The notes beneath the pieces are model-generated. The model made no database searches, was not told where the DNA came from, and was given only the letters and a program-made list of their open reading frames with translations. Both the position numbers and the translations under genes were made by a program. A stretch of 59,090 bases of DNA from Phycisphaerales bacterium. Lineage in GTDB: Bacteria > Planctomycetota > Phycisphaerae > WQYP01. The stretch is taken from positions 1 through 59,090 of the forward strand of contig DAHVEJ010000003.1 in assembly GCA_027313145.1 (NCBI GenBank), given 5' to 3'. Below, in pieces: positions 58,052 through 59,090 of the stretch (its first letter is position 1; every line of letters starts with the position of its first letter).

Positions 58052-59002
58052 TTACCTCAATTCTGGCCAAGTCTGAAATACTGCTGCCTCCAGAGTATCG
58101 CAGGGAACTATGCGTACCGATTCCGACGAGGTGAACTCTGCCGCTGACAAAGGATGGAGAAATAATGTCACCGGAGTGGCGATGTCGCCAGCATCAATCG
58201 CGGCTTTAAGCGACTGACTAATGGCCGGGGCAATAGCTCGGACATTCCTGAATAGATCAATTTCCCCGATGTAAATGTTTTTTCCGGGGACAGCTTTTTG
58301 GATGTACGATCCGATCAATGCAATGCATAGCGGCAAACCCAAGATTGGGTTGTACTGTGCGCTGCCGGGAAGGCGGCAGTTAATCGAATAATTCAACTCC
58401 CCAAAGTCCATATCTTTCATCTGGCTGATGCAACTCACGAGTTGTTCAATTTCTTTTCGCGGTAGGCCCGGTGCGGTCATTCGCCCGCGTGAACCATCAC
58501 CGGGAATCGTGGCCGAAGCCTGTAATTCCAGTTCACCCGTTCCCGCCCCGGCGTATGTACGGGCCATCGCAGGTTTCGCCTCGCAGTGCGGTGCTGGCTC
58601 CAAACGAATGGTCACAGGATCAAAACGCAAAGGCATCGGCTGGAGTAGGGGTGCGCCGTAACGATTCTTGCGTACCGCGAGCAACGAGAATTGCATCGCC
58701 CGGCGCAGGATGAGGCTCGTGTCAACACTATGTTCCAGAGATTTCGGGCCAGCGAGATCACCGCGTTTTGTTTGATGACACAATAAAATCGTGGTAATGG
58801 CATGTTCTTCACACATCCGGGCAAAATCTAGCACTTTTGCATAGCTTTTGGTGGCGCTGGCAGCCAAGCCCTGGCCCTGAATACTGTCGAGGACAATGAG
58901 CTTCACCCCGTGATATGCCCCTCCCGGCGCAAGCACTTGACGCATTAAAAAATCCGGAAGTGCCGTCACGTCAAACAAACTGTGATCGACATGTACATTG
59001 GA
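58052..59002 (-). CDS. Divergent RadA/Sms-like protein, 5'-truncated
   Basis: Walker B LIVLDSIQ, HQTKRGDLAGPKSLEHSVD, KNRYG, Lon-like C-terminus (YIGEIDL); no Walker A or Zn finger; frame closed upstream by TGA at 59003-59005. Confidence 0.78.
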   Translation of the reverse strand, partial: SNVHVDHSLFDVTALPDFLMRQVLAPGGAYHGVKLIVLDSIQGQGLAASATKSYAKVLDFARMCEEHAITTILLCHQTKRGDLAGPKSLEHSVDTSLILRRAMQFSLLAVRKNRYGAPLLQPMPLRFDPVTIRLEPAPHCEAKPAMARTYAGAGTGELELQASATIPGDGSRGRMTAPGLPRKEIEQLVSCISQMKDMDFGELNYSINCRLPGSAQYNPILGLPLCIALIGSYIQKAVPGKNIYIGEIDLFRNVRAIAPAISQSLKAAIDAGDIATPVTLFLHPLSAAEFTSSESVRIVPCDTLEAAVFQTWPELR

Positions 59003-59016
59003 TCAGGGTCTTTTAG

Positions 59017-59090
59017 TACTACAGCGCAATATTTGCTCAAGCTTTAGCCGTATGTGGACCGATAGATCAGTCATTGAACAAGGAGGTTCG
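59017..59090 (+). mobile_element. IS701-like left end (cut by window edge)
   Basis: TACTACAGCGCAATATTTGCTCAAG is similar to 45007-45031, follows TTAG, and leads to AAGGAGG at the window end. Confidence 0.55.

Noticed and set aside
59003-59005. TGA recoding to extend the RadA-like frame
   Set aside because: The upstream sequence runs into IS-like DNA with no Walker A, and TGA acts as a normal stop in many genes here
1-59090. tRNA, rRNA or known riboswitch
   Set aside because: None recognised by eye; an Rfam/tRNAscan run is needed to exclude them

Overview
This is a GC-rich bacterial window, most likely from a planctomycete (Phycisphaerae-like). The evidence is a DUF1559-type prepilin, a PEP-CTERM protein, a giant PQQ-propeller/TPR protein and rpsP-trmD-rplS with no rimM; the taxon is an inference. 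Layout: (1) 1-413, the 3' end of an IS1380-family element whose terminal CTAG overlaps the stop codon of a CxxCH sensor kinase. (2) About 0.4-17.8 kb, housekeeping genes (kinase, membrane protein, PQQ/TPR protein, mtnP, leuS-lpxK-hldE-gmhB, peptidase C26, thioredoxin-like, FtsB-like). (3) About 18-34.6 kb, a polysaccharide-utilisation region without SusC/D: unclassified GH, GH42-like, DUF1559 pilin, PEP-CTERM, XylR-type regulator, YicI GH31, GH74, GH28 and a GH2 pseudogene. (4) rpsP-trmD-rplS, TPR-SPOR lipoprotein, IscA, PfpI, FmdB. (5) Tat-exported GH31 and GH106. (6) Nested IS1380/IS701 remnants and a truncated sugar porter, then a 9-gene sugar catabolic operon led by an HPS/KGPDC-family enzyme. 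(7) An AT-rich repeat region and a lower-GC module of a RadA-like gene, a small ORF and an atypical large serine recombinase, ending at an IS701-like end. No rRNA, tRNA or CRISPR array was seen. All family calls come from motif recognition by eye, with no database searches.
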